From: Eledone cirrhosa
Lineage: Eukaryota
Assembly: GCA_964016885.1 (NCBI GenBank)
Contig: OZ024749.1
Span: forward strand, 3,844,001 to 3,908,000
Reading direction: 5' to 3'
DNA: 64,000 nucleotides
The stretch's first letter is position 1; each line of letters opens with the position of its first letter. A program made the position numbers and the translations under genes. This document shows positions 15,354 to 29,537 of the stretch, piece by piece. The notes under the pieces were generated by a model that made no database searches, was not told the DNA's origin, and was given only the letters and a program-made list of their open reading frames with translations.

Positions 15354-15586
15354 TTACCTCTCTGCGTCCCGGGTATCGGGCTGCACAATTTCCATAAGGG
15401 TGGGGGATTGGTTGTTGGGTGGGGTGGTGGTTTGTGGAAGTGTAGGGGCATCAGTGAGTTGTGTGGTTGGGGTGTTTGGAGTTGTGTGGGTGTTTGAAGA
15501 GGGGGTGGGGTAGTTTTTTAGGAGGACGCGGTTAATGGGCCCGACGCAGGGGGGGGGGGTTCCTCTTTAAAGTTGTCTTTGGGGCC

Positions 15587-16465
15587 TTAATCATTTTGAG
15601 GTGGGGGAAATCCTCTGCCTGGGTGAAGATAGGCCCTTGGGCTTTTATTAAATTGTTGTTGTACACAATGTTTAACAGTTTTTTTGTTTCTTGTGTTTAT
15701 GTATGTGTATGCATGTTTTTGTTTTTGTGTGGTGTTTTTTGTTTGCTGTTGTTGTGTGCTCTTTTGTGTTGGTGTCAGTGTTATATTTTGGGGAGGCGTT
15801 GTTTTCATTTGTATGTCTGAGGTGTGTTTTCTTTTCTTTCTTTTGATTGTGTGGAAGTGCTCCTCCTCGTCTGACGACGAACGAGGGTCATCTTCCGCGT
15901 TGGAGGGGAGGGGTATATTTTCGGGTTGTGTTTGCGGTGTGGGTGATTTGGGAATTGATTTTTTTATTAGTGGAGGGGATGGGTTGGACATTGTTTTGTT
16001 TTGGTTTGAGCTGTGGTTGTTGTTTTTGTAGTGGTGGTTGTGGTGGTTGTGTTGGTTGTGCAGTTGTTGGTGGTGTAGGCAGGTTGGGGTTTTCTTATTA
16101 AGTTGGGGACAGACAGCCCTCAGGTGACCGCTGGTTCCATAGAGGTAACACGAGGGCCGCCTACCCTCAACGGTAATGTTGATGAAAGGTTGAGCATCCA
16201 GTATGACGCGTTCAGGGATCTGGGCGATCCTTTCGGCCCTCATTTGAACTACAAGTTCGAGGCTCGTTCCACTGAACGCGTCACCCGATGCCTTTCCCAT
16301 GGACACCAGCGTGTCATCATCCAGGTTCAGGAAACCTGTCAAAACCCACCATATGTCCACAATCGGCAGGATGGTGTGGATTTTTATTTTGTGTGTCCTT
16401 CTACCCATGTACGTAGGGTAGACGGTGAATGCGGTGGATGTAATTGGTTTGATGGACAGTTTCAC
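15587..16465 (-). pseudogene. Tx1-type ORF1 (gag-like) remnant
   Basis: Degenerate zinc knuckle (VEGRRPSCYLYGTSGHLRAVC) followed by a low-complexity P/T/Q/K tail; lies upstream of ORF2. Confidence 0.75.
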
Positions 16466-16610
16466 TGCTGTGTCCGTCCTTCATGAGAATGGGTAGACTC
16501 CCGTAGAGTCTATCCTTCTGAATGAATGTGATGTCGTTCATGACGTCTTTTAAAACTAGTTCTATCTCACTCTGTGATGGTTGGGCTGGTTTTTTGCTTT
16601 TATTTGAGAT

Positions 16611-16653
<43 letters not shown>

Positions 16654-17920
16654 CATAGATAGATAGTTAGATAGATATGTGTGTTTGTTTGTGTTTGGAT
16701 CTGTTTATTTCTGTTTATTTCTCAGCAGATATGCGCTCATATATTCCTAAATATATGTTTCTGATTGTTATTTTGATTACTTGGGGAATCTGAACCGTAT
16801 TGCTGTCTAAGAGAGTTGATCGTAAAGAAAACAGAATATAATAACTTCGATGATTCATTGAATAAACACTCGTTTGGTCTGACAAAATATTTATTCAATA
16901 AAACAGAGGATACTGCACTCAACATATTCGACGAAAACTGATTTTGTGTTGATAAGAAAGAAAATACATTGAAAACACACGAACGGTGATTTGAAGATGA
17001 GTTTGAAATCATACATATAGAAGGAAGCCATTATGAGAAATTGCTTTCGCTGAATTCGTCAATTTGCACTATGTAAACATACTTTACCTTATTTTGATAG
17101 TATATTACATTCGAAAGCTTAGAAATTCCCAACCATAGGATTTACGTCCATCTTGATTTCTATTTTTTTTTTTCCTTTTTACAATTAATAATATCATTGT
17201 GAATCGTTACAATATTCGAATTCTATTGGAGTGACAGAATTATATGGCTGTCTTCCTTCCCAATTTATATTCGAAGTTTTCTTGTCCATAAATTGATATC
17301 GTTTCTATACATAATAAAAATCACATTTAGGTTTATAGAAAACTCTTTTAAGTAAAAGTGTATGAATGCAATCCTTAAGATCAATTATGGTCGAAATACT
17401 TATTTGAAGCTGTCCATTGTAGTAAAATGCAATTCTAAATGTTGATCTGTTTGTTTCTATGGCAATCGTTAACATATTGTCACGTACCACGTCCAAAATA
17501 TCTCAAACGTGTCTCTTTTCATCGAGATTAAATTAATAATGATATCCGATATAATATCGACAAAAGTGAAATATAACTACGATTGCAGAAAATCATTAAA
17601 ATAACACACTGCTCCATCCAAACTTTCACCCCTGAAACTACACCGATTAGAGATTTTCTGAAAGCTGCGCTTAAGATTCGGAAAGGATTCATAATATAAC
17701 TTCTTTAGAGGAAATATTTAATTCAGGTATCTCTTTCTAAAACACTACATAATGGTGCAGAATATTGACCATGGGAATGAATGGTATGTTTTGAGACCTG
17801 GCATAATGCATCCCTCACAGAATCAGCCGTCCTCGTCAAGAGAAAGAGTTATAAAGAGTGATAGATGAAGTAGGAAACACACTGTTGGATTGGTACTGTA
17901 TTTATCGGCCTCTAAATAAT

Positions 17921-18100
17921 TGTTTCTACGTTAGGCACAAGGCCAGCAATCAACCAGTGCATTACTGGTACTTTATTTTATCGACCCCGTAAGGATGAAA
18001 GGCAAAGTCAACCTCGGCGGGATTTGAACTCAGATCGTAAAGGGACGTAACTATGCTGGAAAGCATGGCGTCCGACCCTCTACTGATACTGCCAATCCAC
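17921..18100 (-). mobile_element. SINE family A copy with 15-bp TSD
   Basis: TSD cggcctctaaataat at 17906-17920 and 18101-18115. Confidence 0.9.
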
Positions 18101-18488
18101 CGGCCTCTAAATAATGAAATAAAACGCTGGTTTCTGTACGATACGGATTCAGAATATTCAGTCGGAATAACTACTAAGGCAGTATTATTCTGGCTAACAT
18201 ATTGTTTAATTAATTGAAAATCAAAATTTTAGTTCTGCGGTAATTTTCATATGTAAATGATCAGCTACAGTCACTTTTATTTACAAGAACGATGTATATA
18301 GTTATATAGCTCTAACGTAATTATCCAGTGCCCGGAGCAGAAACGCTAAAATCACATAACATCGCTTACAATGACGTCAAATATTCCATCTTTAGAACAT
18401 AACATGTTTCAAAGTTCCCTCCCATCTCTAATGTTCATGTAAAAACACTATCTATACATAAATTCGAGTGATTTCCATCCAGCCGTCC

Positions 18489-18690
18489 GTCACACAGAGA
18501 TGACCGAGGAAGAAAGTGGTAATGATGTCACACATTAGATGTAACTGAGGAAGGAAGGTGTGATGACGTCACAAACTAGAGATGATCGAGGAAGGAAGGG
18601 GTGATGCCGTCACACACTAGAGATTACAGAGGAAGGAAGGGGTGATGACTTCATGCACAAGAGATGAGCGAGGAAGGAACGGGTGATGAC
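18489..18690. repeat. Minisatellite, ~41-bp unit x5
   Basis: Unit gtcacacactagagatgancgaggaaggaaggggtgatgac. Confidence 0.85.
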
Positions 18691-20861
18691 AAACTACAGA
18701 AAATAGCGTTTAACCTTTACTACACTTGTGTATTTGTGTGAATGTATGCCTGTGAATGTGTATTTTTCTAAGAGTGTTTGTTTGCACGTTTATATTTATA
18801 TACTCATACATATAAATGTATGCCTATGCACATACACACACGCACAGATACGCTTTGAAAAACATGTGGTCATACACTAGTGTAGAACTACCCACTAAAT
18901 CTCTATTAACTCAAACTAAACTGCCCTACATTAGAACATCCATCATTGCGCTAGAAGACTTGTTTAGCAAATCTACATTGTGTTTGTTTTTAGAGCTATT
19001 TAATCACATTTCAGCTCACTACAATTAAATACTTCAATATAATATCCCGATCATTCACCTTGGTGCCTTTATTTTTTCAGATCCCACCTATGGATATGCA
19101 ACCGATCCGTTATGAGGCTACGTCACGCACGAGATCACGATTAGTTTGTAATGTTAGAGATCCCATGTCTAATCAGATCTGTATGAGGTGCAATTTGCAA
19201 TCAATACGTATGTTGCAGTACTGGGCTCCGAATTTGAGTATTTATCAATTCTAAAGATCATTTGACTATTTAACAATTCTAAAGATCGACCGCCATATTT
19301 TGATACATTTTAGAGAACTATGAATCTACGACCAGCGAAGATGACCAAGACGCCATTTGAATAAATAGAGCAAAAGTGCGGGGAAAATACCTCGTATTTG
19401 TAAAATCCTACATCATAACTCGACTGAACTCACACCTATTAGAATGGCTATAATTCCATCGTCCCTTGCATGTTATTCTCCAAATAATATCTAATAAATG
19501 ATGGTAAATAAAATGAACCAATTTCAAAAATTATGGGATCCCTTGATTTCTAATTATCAATCCTTGTACGTAAATTAAATAGAGCATTTTTAAATAGGCA
19601 ATCACATGGTTGATTATTTTAGAGGTTTGCTTCGAAATCATGGTGTTTCGTTGGATGATATGTTTTGTATTATTTTCGGCATGTGTCCTTATCATAGCCA
19701 CAGTGCAGGCCAGACGTTGTGACAAAAAATGGGTACAATGAAACCACGTGGAGACTCATCGAATGTATTTTACTTGTTATTGAAATGTGTAGTCTTGTGT
19801 TTCCCATTGATTTAATATGTGACAATCAGTTAATCTGAAAGCTCATCATCGAAACCAATCTAATACCAGTCATCGTAATTACATTTTCCATATGGAAACA
19901 ATTACATGTTTATATGAAGGCTGCAATATTTGAAAAGCCATGGTTAATTTAGGAAAAATCTAATATTTCTATCCTATTTGCTATGTCAATTTGACTTTTC
20001 TTCTCTAAGTGATTTTACTCGTTCTAATTAATTATTCAGATACTTTTCTTAACTGAATAGATGCCTTCATTATATACATGTATGTCTTGTCTTTTCCATT
20101 TATTTTATCTTCTTATATTTGTTTATCTCTGTTTGTTTGTTATAATTATGTTTCTTTTTATATTTGTTTTCTCTTCTTTCTGACATTCAATTACGTAATC
20201 AATGTAAAACTATTAAACATCAATCTATTTTGTTTTTGAAACGCTGTCATATCTCCATTAATATCTGTCATACAAATAAACCTGCGCTCAATGTTTTTAG
20301 TTGACGATGGCGGAGAATGATGGACGGCCGACCAGGTTGGTGGAATGAAGCAATTCCATGACGAATCATTAGCATGGATGGAAACGTATCAAAATTTAAT
20401 TATCGAGAATATCTTATCAGAAGACAAACTATAACCAGAATATATAAAATCTGCTTAATAATTTTCTACGGAAGATGATGTCTAAAAGGACAATTTTCTG
20501 CACTAATCTCATTAGGAACTACAGATATATATGAATGCGGAATTGCATCACTTTCTCTTTCGTATTAAATATAATTGTCTGTCATTTTGTATAATCAATC
20601 TATCAATGTTTAGAATTCATATGTTGTCGTTTATTTTTCATTGAATGTAAAAGACATCCCCTGGTGGCTTCTGTTTGTGTTTTCTGTCTTTTTTCTTTAG
20701 CATTTTACAAAATACATATGGTTGTAAACGTATCACACTCAGCAAAGAAACAGCATGATACGATATTAATGTAAACTTTTTATTAAGTACAACCATCTTA
20801 TATACATTTTCGGTGTTGTTGGCAGCCAGATATAAAGGCTACCGAAATAATCAAGAGTGCA

Positions 20862-21185
20862 TAGGATTAGGGCTTTCATCTCGCAATCGTAAGCCCGTCA
20901 GTTCGATTCCCGCTGGTACGATTGGTCCTTAAGCAAGACGTTTTATTTCACCCCGTTCAAGTCCACTAGTATGTTCTACCAGCTCTACCAGTTCTACCAG
21001 TAATTTGAGGGGACAGTCTTGTCACATCTTGTCACATCTTGTATTACGTTGTATCTCCCTGAGAACTACGTTAGGGGTACACGTGTCTGTAGATTGGTCA
21101 GCCACTTGCACGTTAATTTCACGAGCATGCTGCTCCGTTGACCGATCAAGAAGGAACAATCTTCGTCGTAATCGACCGAGTGCCA
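20862..21185 (+). mobile_element. SINE family B (tRNA head, CORE-like segment, distinct 3' body)
   Basis: B-box-like gttcgattcc and ccttaagcaagac..tttatttcac; head similar to 35550-35690. Confidence 0.65.
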
Positions 21186-22959
21186 GTTTTTTTATACTCC
21201 GTCATTTCACATCGACCAAACTATTAGAGATTCTTCGAAACGCAACATGTAAACAGATCTCTGACTTTTCGAAGGTGCGATTCCCATATTTTCGATCAAC
21301 GGAATTAAGTACCATTTAGTATTTTAGAGCAGCTTGTGATTTTAACTCGTAACCTCAGGAAATTATTCAACAGAGAATCTAACAAAAAGATGTATTAATC
21401 CAAATGAATACAATTCCAATATTAGTAGACAGATATGTTTTGTGAAAAACTGCAGTAAACAAGAAATAAAACACTTTAATATTTAATGTGATGTATCCAC
21501 AGTGCTGTTTTATACATTTGATTAAAGTTTAGCTAATGCAACAAGAAACTTAAGAGTTAACGTTATTTATAGTGAGAGATTATGTGTTAATATTGGTTCT
21601 ATGCGTTCAATAAATAGTTCATCTGACTGCCATATTCACAGTTACCGGCCAGCTATTTTCAATCACAATGCGTAAGTTGACCTGCTTCTACGTTACAAAA
21701 CACATACCTCAAAATAGGGCAATGGTATCTAATCTGATATATAATATCTACTAGCTTTGTAGCACAGAGCGAAAAAAATAAAAGATACACAGTTCGAGGC
21801 GACAACAAACTGTTACTTTAAGAGCTGTAAATAAATGATCCATTGCATACATTTAACATACATATGACTGAATCTAGATTGGAAATGCGCCGTAAAGATG
21901 CCAGAACAACATAATATTTACCCGACAATCACTACAATATTTGATAGATTTCGTTTGCTGTGTAAAAATGTGTACAACCACTATTTCTGGTAGGAGCTAA
22001 GGTGAAGTTCACCTCGCATGTTTCCCCAATGAATAAAACACATGGCAATTACTCAGGTCAATTATTCTCGCGTTCTTTTTCTCATATCTCTTTAACACTG
22101 TTTTACACACACACACGCGCGCGCGCACAACACACACGCACACACGCACGCACACACACACACTCACATACACTCTCTCTCTCTCACTCTCTCACGCTGT
22201 CTGCCTGTGCATATATCAATCTTTCGTAGAAATGAGGTGTAATCCTTCTACGAAGAGGAAGGCTTTCTATCAGGTTTTAATGAGCAAGTTACACTGTAAT
22301 CTCCAAATGTGTCCTTACGACTTGTTTGGGAGTTGAGGGATCAATGTATAGACGGAGGAATCTGTATGTTATTCTCAGAGAAGAGGTCAACGAAATTGAT
22401 TGGACCATCAAGGTTTCAACTTCTCAGCTAATCTGTTTAGCTGCATAATATAGTAGGGACACATTACAAACATAACACATCAAATAGAAACAGTAATGTC
22501 TTTGGAAACACCATCGCTCTCTGTAAATAATTAATTATAAAGAAAAGAAAGACGTGAGCATGATACTGGTAGAAAGGGCTGATGTACAAGATTGATTTAA
22601 CTCATAGGAAATGGGCGGTTTTAGTTTCCGAACTAGTAATTATTGAATTCAAATTTCATTTGTCATGTTAATGGGAATTTTAGGATGATTAACTTTCTCT
22701 TTCTCTTTTAACATCTCTATTTTATGGAACATTTATTTACGTGGGAAACTAAAGAAACCTTTTTTTATTTGCCACCGAAATGCCTCCAATTTATTTTTCT
22801 ATCGCTATTTGTATGGCTCTATTGTTATTTTCCTTTCGTTTTAAAACGTAGATATAGAACAGGACATGCAATGCAGTTGTCACAACGCAAATTACTATAA
22901 TAAAATCGATCACTTTAAATAACCGTAGCTTTTATTTATAATGATCGACAATTATGTGG

Positions 22960-23110
22960 TCAGAATATCTCAGAAAAGACTCGTTGGCCAGATTATGCGG
23001 GCAAAACCAACTAGCAAGAGACCCAGAGGCAGACACCGAACAAAACTGTTGGATGACATCCATGAGCTTAACAGGTCACGCTTGGTAATCCAGCCGGATC
23101 AGTTGGAGAC
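22960..23110 (+). mobile_element. RTE-like LINE C-terminal fragment
   Basis: Translates to RISQKRLVGQIMRAKPTSKRPRGRHRTKLLDDI, resembling the RPRGRP..W.D tail of RTE ORFs. Confidence 0.5.
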
Positions 23111-23169
23111 GTAGCCTGCCCATTAGACACAAGAGTTCAAGACAACGAGGAGAAAATTAACTGATAACA

Positions 23170-23365
23170 GGTTTTAAAGTAGGAGTTAAACAGGATTTGG
23201 AACTGCCATGAGATCAAAGTCGTCCCGATTGCCGTAGGAGCCGTAGGTACTATCTCAAACAGTTTTCGATGATGGTTAAAGAACATTAGTCCAGCCTCAT
23301 GTTTTGGAACACTTCAAAAGGCATGCTTTCTGGGAACAGCAATAACCCTCCGTACGCCCTGGATG
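23170..23365 (+). mobile_element. Older short fragment of the same R4/Dong-like family
   Basis: Similar to 25315-25505 (ggatttggaactgccatga..caaagt..tcccgattg..aggtactatctcaaa..cttcaaaaggcatgctt). Confidence 0.8.
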
Positions 23366-23799
23366 TTTTTACATATTTAAAATAATTGTGTTATAACAAT
23401 TCTTATTATAAATGGGACATAAGGCACCAGTCTCTCTGAGGAAATGCGAACACATAACGCCCTGGCATTTGGCTCAAATATTTAATTTTTTATTAAAAAT
23501 GTTATATTCAAAAAAGAAAATGGTTACAAGTGGAAAACCCCTTTGTGTACACTAAATACAACAGCCAAATAACTAATACCACCACCACCACCAGCACCAC
23601 CAGCAGTAACACCACCACTACCACCACCACCACCACCATGCCAAATAACGGCAATTTCACCACAAACACCGCCAATCCTAGCATAATAATTATTATTGTG
23701 ATTGTATCTCAAGTTTTCTCAAAATGTTTAATTCAAATATTAAGGAAATATGTCATCATGTATATTAAACATAGGCAACAAACCACATAGATAAAAAAA

Positions 23800-24706
23800 T
23801 ATCAAACAAGCACAATACAGTAGTAGCTACAGTAACAACTACAGTAGTAGCTACAAACTTAATCCAGGGACAAACAACGCCATCACTAGAGTACCTTTAT
23901 CCCATCACTCCTGCCACCACTCCATCATTGCTACCACCACTATTCCTCCACTACATTATGCAAACTCCACAAAATGTGTTCTTTATTGTGTTGTATCAGA
24001 TGAGAGAATGGTATTTAACTAATGTATTGGTACGCGATGGGGCCCACCCACAGCCCTGGCAGACAGAATGGAGAAGGCGTTTCCCCGGAGGACGGCAAGG
24101 GAGACACGCTGGAAAAGCCACTCCAACTCGTGGGGCTCACACCTGCGGCTGGCCAGCTCAGCACCTATGGTGGTGAGTAAGGAGGTAGCCCTGTGGCCGA
24201 GGACACCATAAGTTTCCACTGCTGGGGTAAAGACAGCAAACCTCTCGGAGAGCGACCGGTATTTGAGGAGTTTGGCCCCCTCAGCCCGACGTGCAGCAGA
24301 ACCTGGGTCAGTCGCAGTCTGCACCAGGTTGCGGCTGCAGGAAGAGTCGGTGCAAGTGGCATCCCAGGCGTGGGGTTTGCAGCCGCGGAACGGGAAGATG
24401 GTCATGCCATCTGGCCTTTTGCCGTCCCCTCGATCCAGCCCCACCGGCTCGAGCTGGAAGGGAATCCTGCAGCGTCCAAGCCATGCTTAATGACCTCGTT
24501 GGGGGAAGTATGGTGTGGAATGCGGCCAGAACGGTGGGGACAGGAAAGCGGGTGGAGGCCGAAAGAGTCCACGGTGGAACCGCAGCGACATTGATGTGGC
24601 TGGCAGATCCGGAGGCCGAGCCTCAGGGAAACGCTGATTCGCAGGATATGGTTGTTTAGCTGCGTGCCAGTGGAGAAGGAGGGCAGAGCATGGACCAGGC
24701 ACCACG
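23800..24706 (-). mobile_element. 3' fragment of a CRE-like RLE-type non-LTR retrotransposon
   Basis: RISVSLRLG, CRCG..HPLSC Zn finger, DGKRPDG, WDATC, AVETYG, AVLRGNA; frameshifted. The left boundary is approximate. Confidence 0.8.
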
Positions 24707-25662
24707 GATGGGGATATCCAAGGAGGAAATAACAACAAGGAGAAAGAGCAGCCTTCAGGAAAAATCCCTTCATAGTACCCTCTTTGAGAAAACTGAATTC
24801 AGAGATCCACAGACATGGAACTGGTTGAAAATAGGAGACCTTAAAAAGGCTACAGAAGGAATGTTAATGGCTGCGCAAGAGCAGGCCCTCAAAACGAAGT
24901 GGTTGAAACACCATATTTACAAGGAGGAGGCTAGCCCACTGTGCAGGATCTGTGGAGAGAGAGAGGAGAATGTGGCTCACATTGTATCCGAGTTTAAACA
25001 CCTAGCCCAGACTCACTATAAGGGCTGGAGACATGATGTGATGGGCAGGTGATCCACTGGCACCTATGCAAAGTAAACAATTTACCACATTCTGAGAAGT
25101 GGTATGAGCATAAGCCAGAGTCGGTGATAGAAAACGATCAGGTGAAGGTGCTGTGGGATTTTAGGATACAGACGGACTAGAAATTGGAACACAATAGACC
25201 TGACCTGGTGGTTTTGGACAAGGAAAAAAGATCGTGCCTGATTGTGGATGTGGCCTGCCCATTCGACACGAGAGTGCAAGAGAAGGAAAGGTAGAACATT
25301 AAGCGATACCAGGACTTAAAGTGGGAGGTAAAAAGGATTTGGAACTGCCATGAAGTCAAAGTGATCCCGATTGTCTTAGGCGCAATAGGTACTATCTCAA
25401 AAGTGTTTCCAGGGATGGTTAAAGAAAATTGGCCCGCCACGCTTTTTGGAACGCTTCAAAAGGCATGCTTGCTGGGAACAGCAAGAACCCTCCGATACGT
25501 CCTGAATATCTGAGGCTGCAGGTAGTGGCTTGATATTCATTTCAACAAACTTTCCAGTTGACTAACATCAATGACTGAGACTCAAGGAGCAGTGATAATA
25601 ATAATAATAGTAAGAAGAAGAAGAAGAAGAGGAAGAAGAAGAAGAAAAAGAAGAAGAAGAAG
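24707..25662 (+). mobile_element. 3' fragment of an R4/Dong-like RLE-type non-LTR retrotransposon
   Basis: EGMLMAAQEQAL, CRICGEREENVAHI, RHD, KWYEHKP, LWDF.IQTD, NRPDLVV, IVDVACP, LQKACLLGT; in-frame stops; (TAA)n/(GAA)n tail. Confidence 0.88.
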
Positions 25663-26435
25663 TACGCTCTTATTAAGGTAGTCATATACGTTGGGATGGC
25701 TACATTTCAAATCTTGAAGTCAACGGGTGGATTATGTTTCTAGTAGCCCTATTGTTTTTAAATTAATTTTTTACATGTTTGTTTGTTGTTTCTTTTTTGT
25801 CAAACAATGATACGCATACGAGTTATGTCCCTTTAGATTGTGTGACGTAACATTTAGCCCGTTGGTGCGGTTTCTTGTCAGCACTTTGGTTCAAGAACTT
25901 GGATGGAGTCACTGACCTTCCTTCAACGTCTTCACTATCAATTATTTCCACTAATAAAGGACACATTAAAACTAAATTTTCCGCCTCTCAAATCAATCAA
26001 ACAGGGGGTGGATTCGTGAATAGAGTGTTCTGACATATACCTGACTATGCTCAAGCATTGGAAGGAATGAGCTCAGCTAGGATAAAAAAACACGGTATAC
26101 AAGGTATATATCTCTGGGGCTACAACATATTTCCAGCAGAAAATTAAGGTACCATATATTAATACAACGGCACTTGATAGGCATTTTCTTCGTCATTATG
26201 TGATGTTATTTACAGAAGCAATATATTTACTAGCATTTGATTTTCATAAAACGCAATCTCCTCGAATAATTAAGAATTCATTATTTAATTGCATTGTTCA
26301 TTAATACACTTTGTGTGATAATTTTTTACTTTATGTTCTTTTATTTATTTATATGTTTTCTTTTTTGTTTGTATCTGATCTTTTTTTCGGTTTTAATTAA
26401 TTCCATCTCCAAATCTGTGAAAACGTAGCGCCGTC

Positions 26436-26461
26436 ATATATATATATAGACAGATAGATAT

Positions 26462-26559
<98 letters not shown>

Positions 26560-26713
26560 ATGTATATATATATTTATACATATTTTTTATATATATAGAG
26601 AGTGAGAGAGAGTGAGAGAGAGGTAGATAGAGGTAGAGAGATGTAGAGAGAGTAAGAGAGAGAGAGAGTGAGTGAGTGAGTGAGTGAGTGAGTGAGTGAG
26701 TGAGTGAGTGAGT

Positions 26714-26768
<55 letters not shown>
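26436..26768. repeat. Compound (TA)n/(GAGT)n/(GA)n microsatellite
   Basis: Seen directly. Confidence 0.98.
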
Positions 26769-26773
<5 letters not shown>

Positions 26774-27115
26774 CACGTAATATGTAACACTTTCTGTGTA
26801 TCGGTAGGCATAAATGAATGAAGATTGGGAAAAAAAACACCGATAATTCTATAATAGCTTTCGATTGTATTGTAGTTGCTATCCAGTTTATTTAACAGCA
26901 TTAGCAGTGATTTTTCAGTGTATATCAAAGACTAGCACTATTGATTGATATATTGATGTGGGATTGGCCTAATTGCTGGAGAAGTCCTAATTAAATAGGT
27001 TAAATCTTGTAAATTGAACTTCTCGCTTTTTACTATTCAATATTATTTGCTTTTAGTTTTGATGTTTATTTCATTTATACTAATGTTCTTGTGCGTGTGT
27101 ATATATATATGTGTA

Positions 27116-27156
<41 letters not shown>

Positions 27157-27165
27157 GTGTATATA

Positions 27166-27255
<90 letters not shown>

Positions 27256-27771
27256 CGCCATGTTGTCGTTGCCACATATTTTTCAGCTAATGTATAGTCT
27301 ATGAAACAGGAAATGAGAACTTGCAAGCTAATCTACAGATCTACTGTTTACACATTTTTTATTGCTTCTTTCTTTTATATTGGTATTTCCTTTATTTTAC
27401 TTCATTGTTTTAACTATTTTATTTAAATTTTCCTCATATATTCCATTTTATATATATTTTGTTTGTTTTTCTTTCATTATTTGTAGTGGCCAATTTTTGC
27501 TGACACTTCATACTCGAAAATTAAAATTGCTTCAGCTAACGGAATAGTTTTATCTCAATCTACGCATGGCCTATGGTTCCTTCCATAATATAAGTTATTA
27601 GCTCTATATATGAAAGTTATTTAACCCTATAAAGCTTGAAATATCAATATGTACTGAGCAGCCTTATACATATTTTCGTCATTTTAATCGCATGTATTAT
27701 CAAGGGAAATGACACTGGTGTGTGATTACAATTTCGATATATATTCTGCATAATATGTATTTGAAACAACT

Positions 27772-28121
<350 letters not shown>

Positions 28122-28553
28122 CATATACCAGGAATTGTAACATTCGTATGGAATCTACAGAAATATCATTTCATAAGAATGAAAGTGTTTTAGTCCTATA
28201 GAAGTCCATATTATCTTATATTATATTATATTACCTTATACAACGTATCATAATATAATGTATTACAATATAATGCATTATAATATAATATATATTTGTA
28301 AATAACTGAGTTATCACTTTCTGTCTCTCGTTTTCTGTATTCTACACCGGTGTAGGACAGATAAACGTTGCGACACAGAACAACATATAATCCACAGATT
28401 ACAAAATACTTTTACGAGAAAGCTTTGACAATAAACAAATAAATAAATATATATAAATATATATATGCAAAAGTTCTATTTAAAGTGTTGGGATACGACA
28501 AGCAAATATTATTATAACTGATATAAAGCACTCGACAAATATTTGGAGTAGAT

Positions 28554-28963
28554 ATACAATATTAATGAATGGAAACTATATTTATAAAACGATATTTATT
28601 TCATTATATATATTTCAAGGATACCAAGTTAAATCATGGTATGCCTTCATCAGACAAAATACAATATATAACAGTTTTACAAATAGATATGGACGTACAC
28701 TTTCAAAAAGGTGACCGTTGTTTTTGGAGGCCATCCGAATAGTGGTTTGATTACTTTAGTAAGGCATAGTGTTAAGAGTAAGTAAAAAGATGGAGAGAGA
28801 GAGAGAGAGAAAAACGTGGAGAAAAGAAAGGGAAAGATAGATAAAGAAAAAGAAGAAAGCAAAAAAAAAGAGAACATACCATGATTTAACTTGGTATCCT
28901 TGAAATATATATAATGAAATAAATATGGTTTTATAAATATAGTTTCCATTTATTAATATTGTA
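28554..28963. repeat. Inverted repeat (~90-bp arms), pLTR-like
   Basis: 28554-28643 versus 28875-28963; fragments of the same family at ~55568-55600 and ~61252-61290. Confidence 0.8.
28603..28658 (-). ncRNA. Hammerhead-like motif (stem I imperfect)
   Basis: ttgt-CTGATGA-aggcatacca..ttggtatcctt-GAAA-tatata; overlaps the left arm of inverted repeat 28554-28643/28875-28963. Confidence 0.5.
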
Positions 28964-29537
28964 CAAATATATATATATAGAGATTTATATATATATTAAT
29001 TTAATTAGACAATTCTATTGATTGGTTAATTATTTATGTTTGTTTAATAACGTCTGGTCGAGAGATTTATTCGGTTTGTGGAAAGGAATTTATTCCTTTG
29101 TTCAAAATTTGAATTACGACCGCCAAAACCGGAGGTTACCTCCCTTTGGGAATACCACATGACTGCAGTTTTACTGCTATAATTCAGACCCGACCGCGGC
29201 TCTGAACGGAAGCCTGTTGATAAAGTGAGCCCTCTGTTCGATCATCCATACCAAAAAACTTACATAACCCCTAAGTGGATATGTTGATATCTATTTCACA
29301 TATTATTGCACAACATCGACGGGATGGTCCAGGTTTGTCAAATTATCCTGAGTTGGTTTTCTCGTTGCTTTGGTCTTTGCTGTTGGCTCACCGGCCGCTG
29401 TCTTCAATTTGTCAAGCTGTCTAAACGTATGATATTACTCTAAGGTGAAACTACCTTATTGAGTGCTTAGCTGCACACACTGTATTGCATTTGTAAGCAT
29501 GGCCGCAGCCATGCTTCGATTCTACTGAACTTCCATT

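Larger units (their letters stand above)
11643..16608 (-). mobile_element. L1/Tx1-clade non-LTR retrotransposon, degenerate, about 5 kb
   Basis: ORF1 followed by a frameshifted APE-RT-Zn finger ORF2. The 3' end has AATAAA and runs into (TATC)n. There is (GATA)n on both flanks, and the block is GC-rich against the AT background. Confidence 0.92.

Noticed and set aside
12232-16486. Plus-strand ORFs over the LINE
   Set aside because: Antisense shadows of GC-rich Tx1 coding sequence.
18489-18690. CRISPR-like periodicity
   Set aside because: No unique spacers and eukaryotic context; a simple minisatellite.
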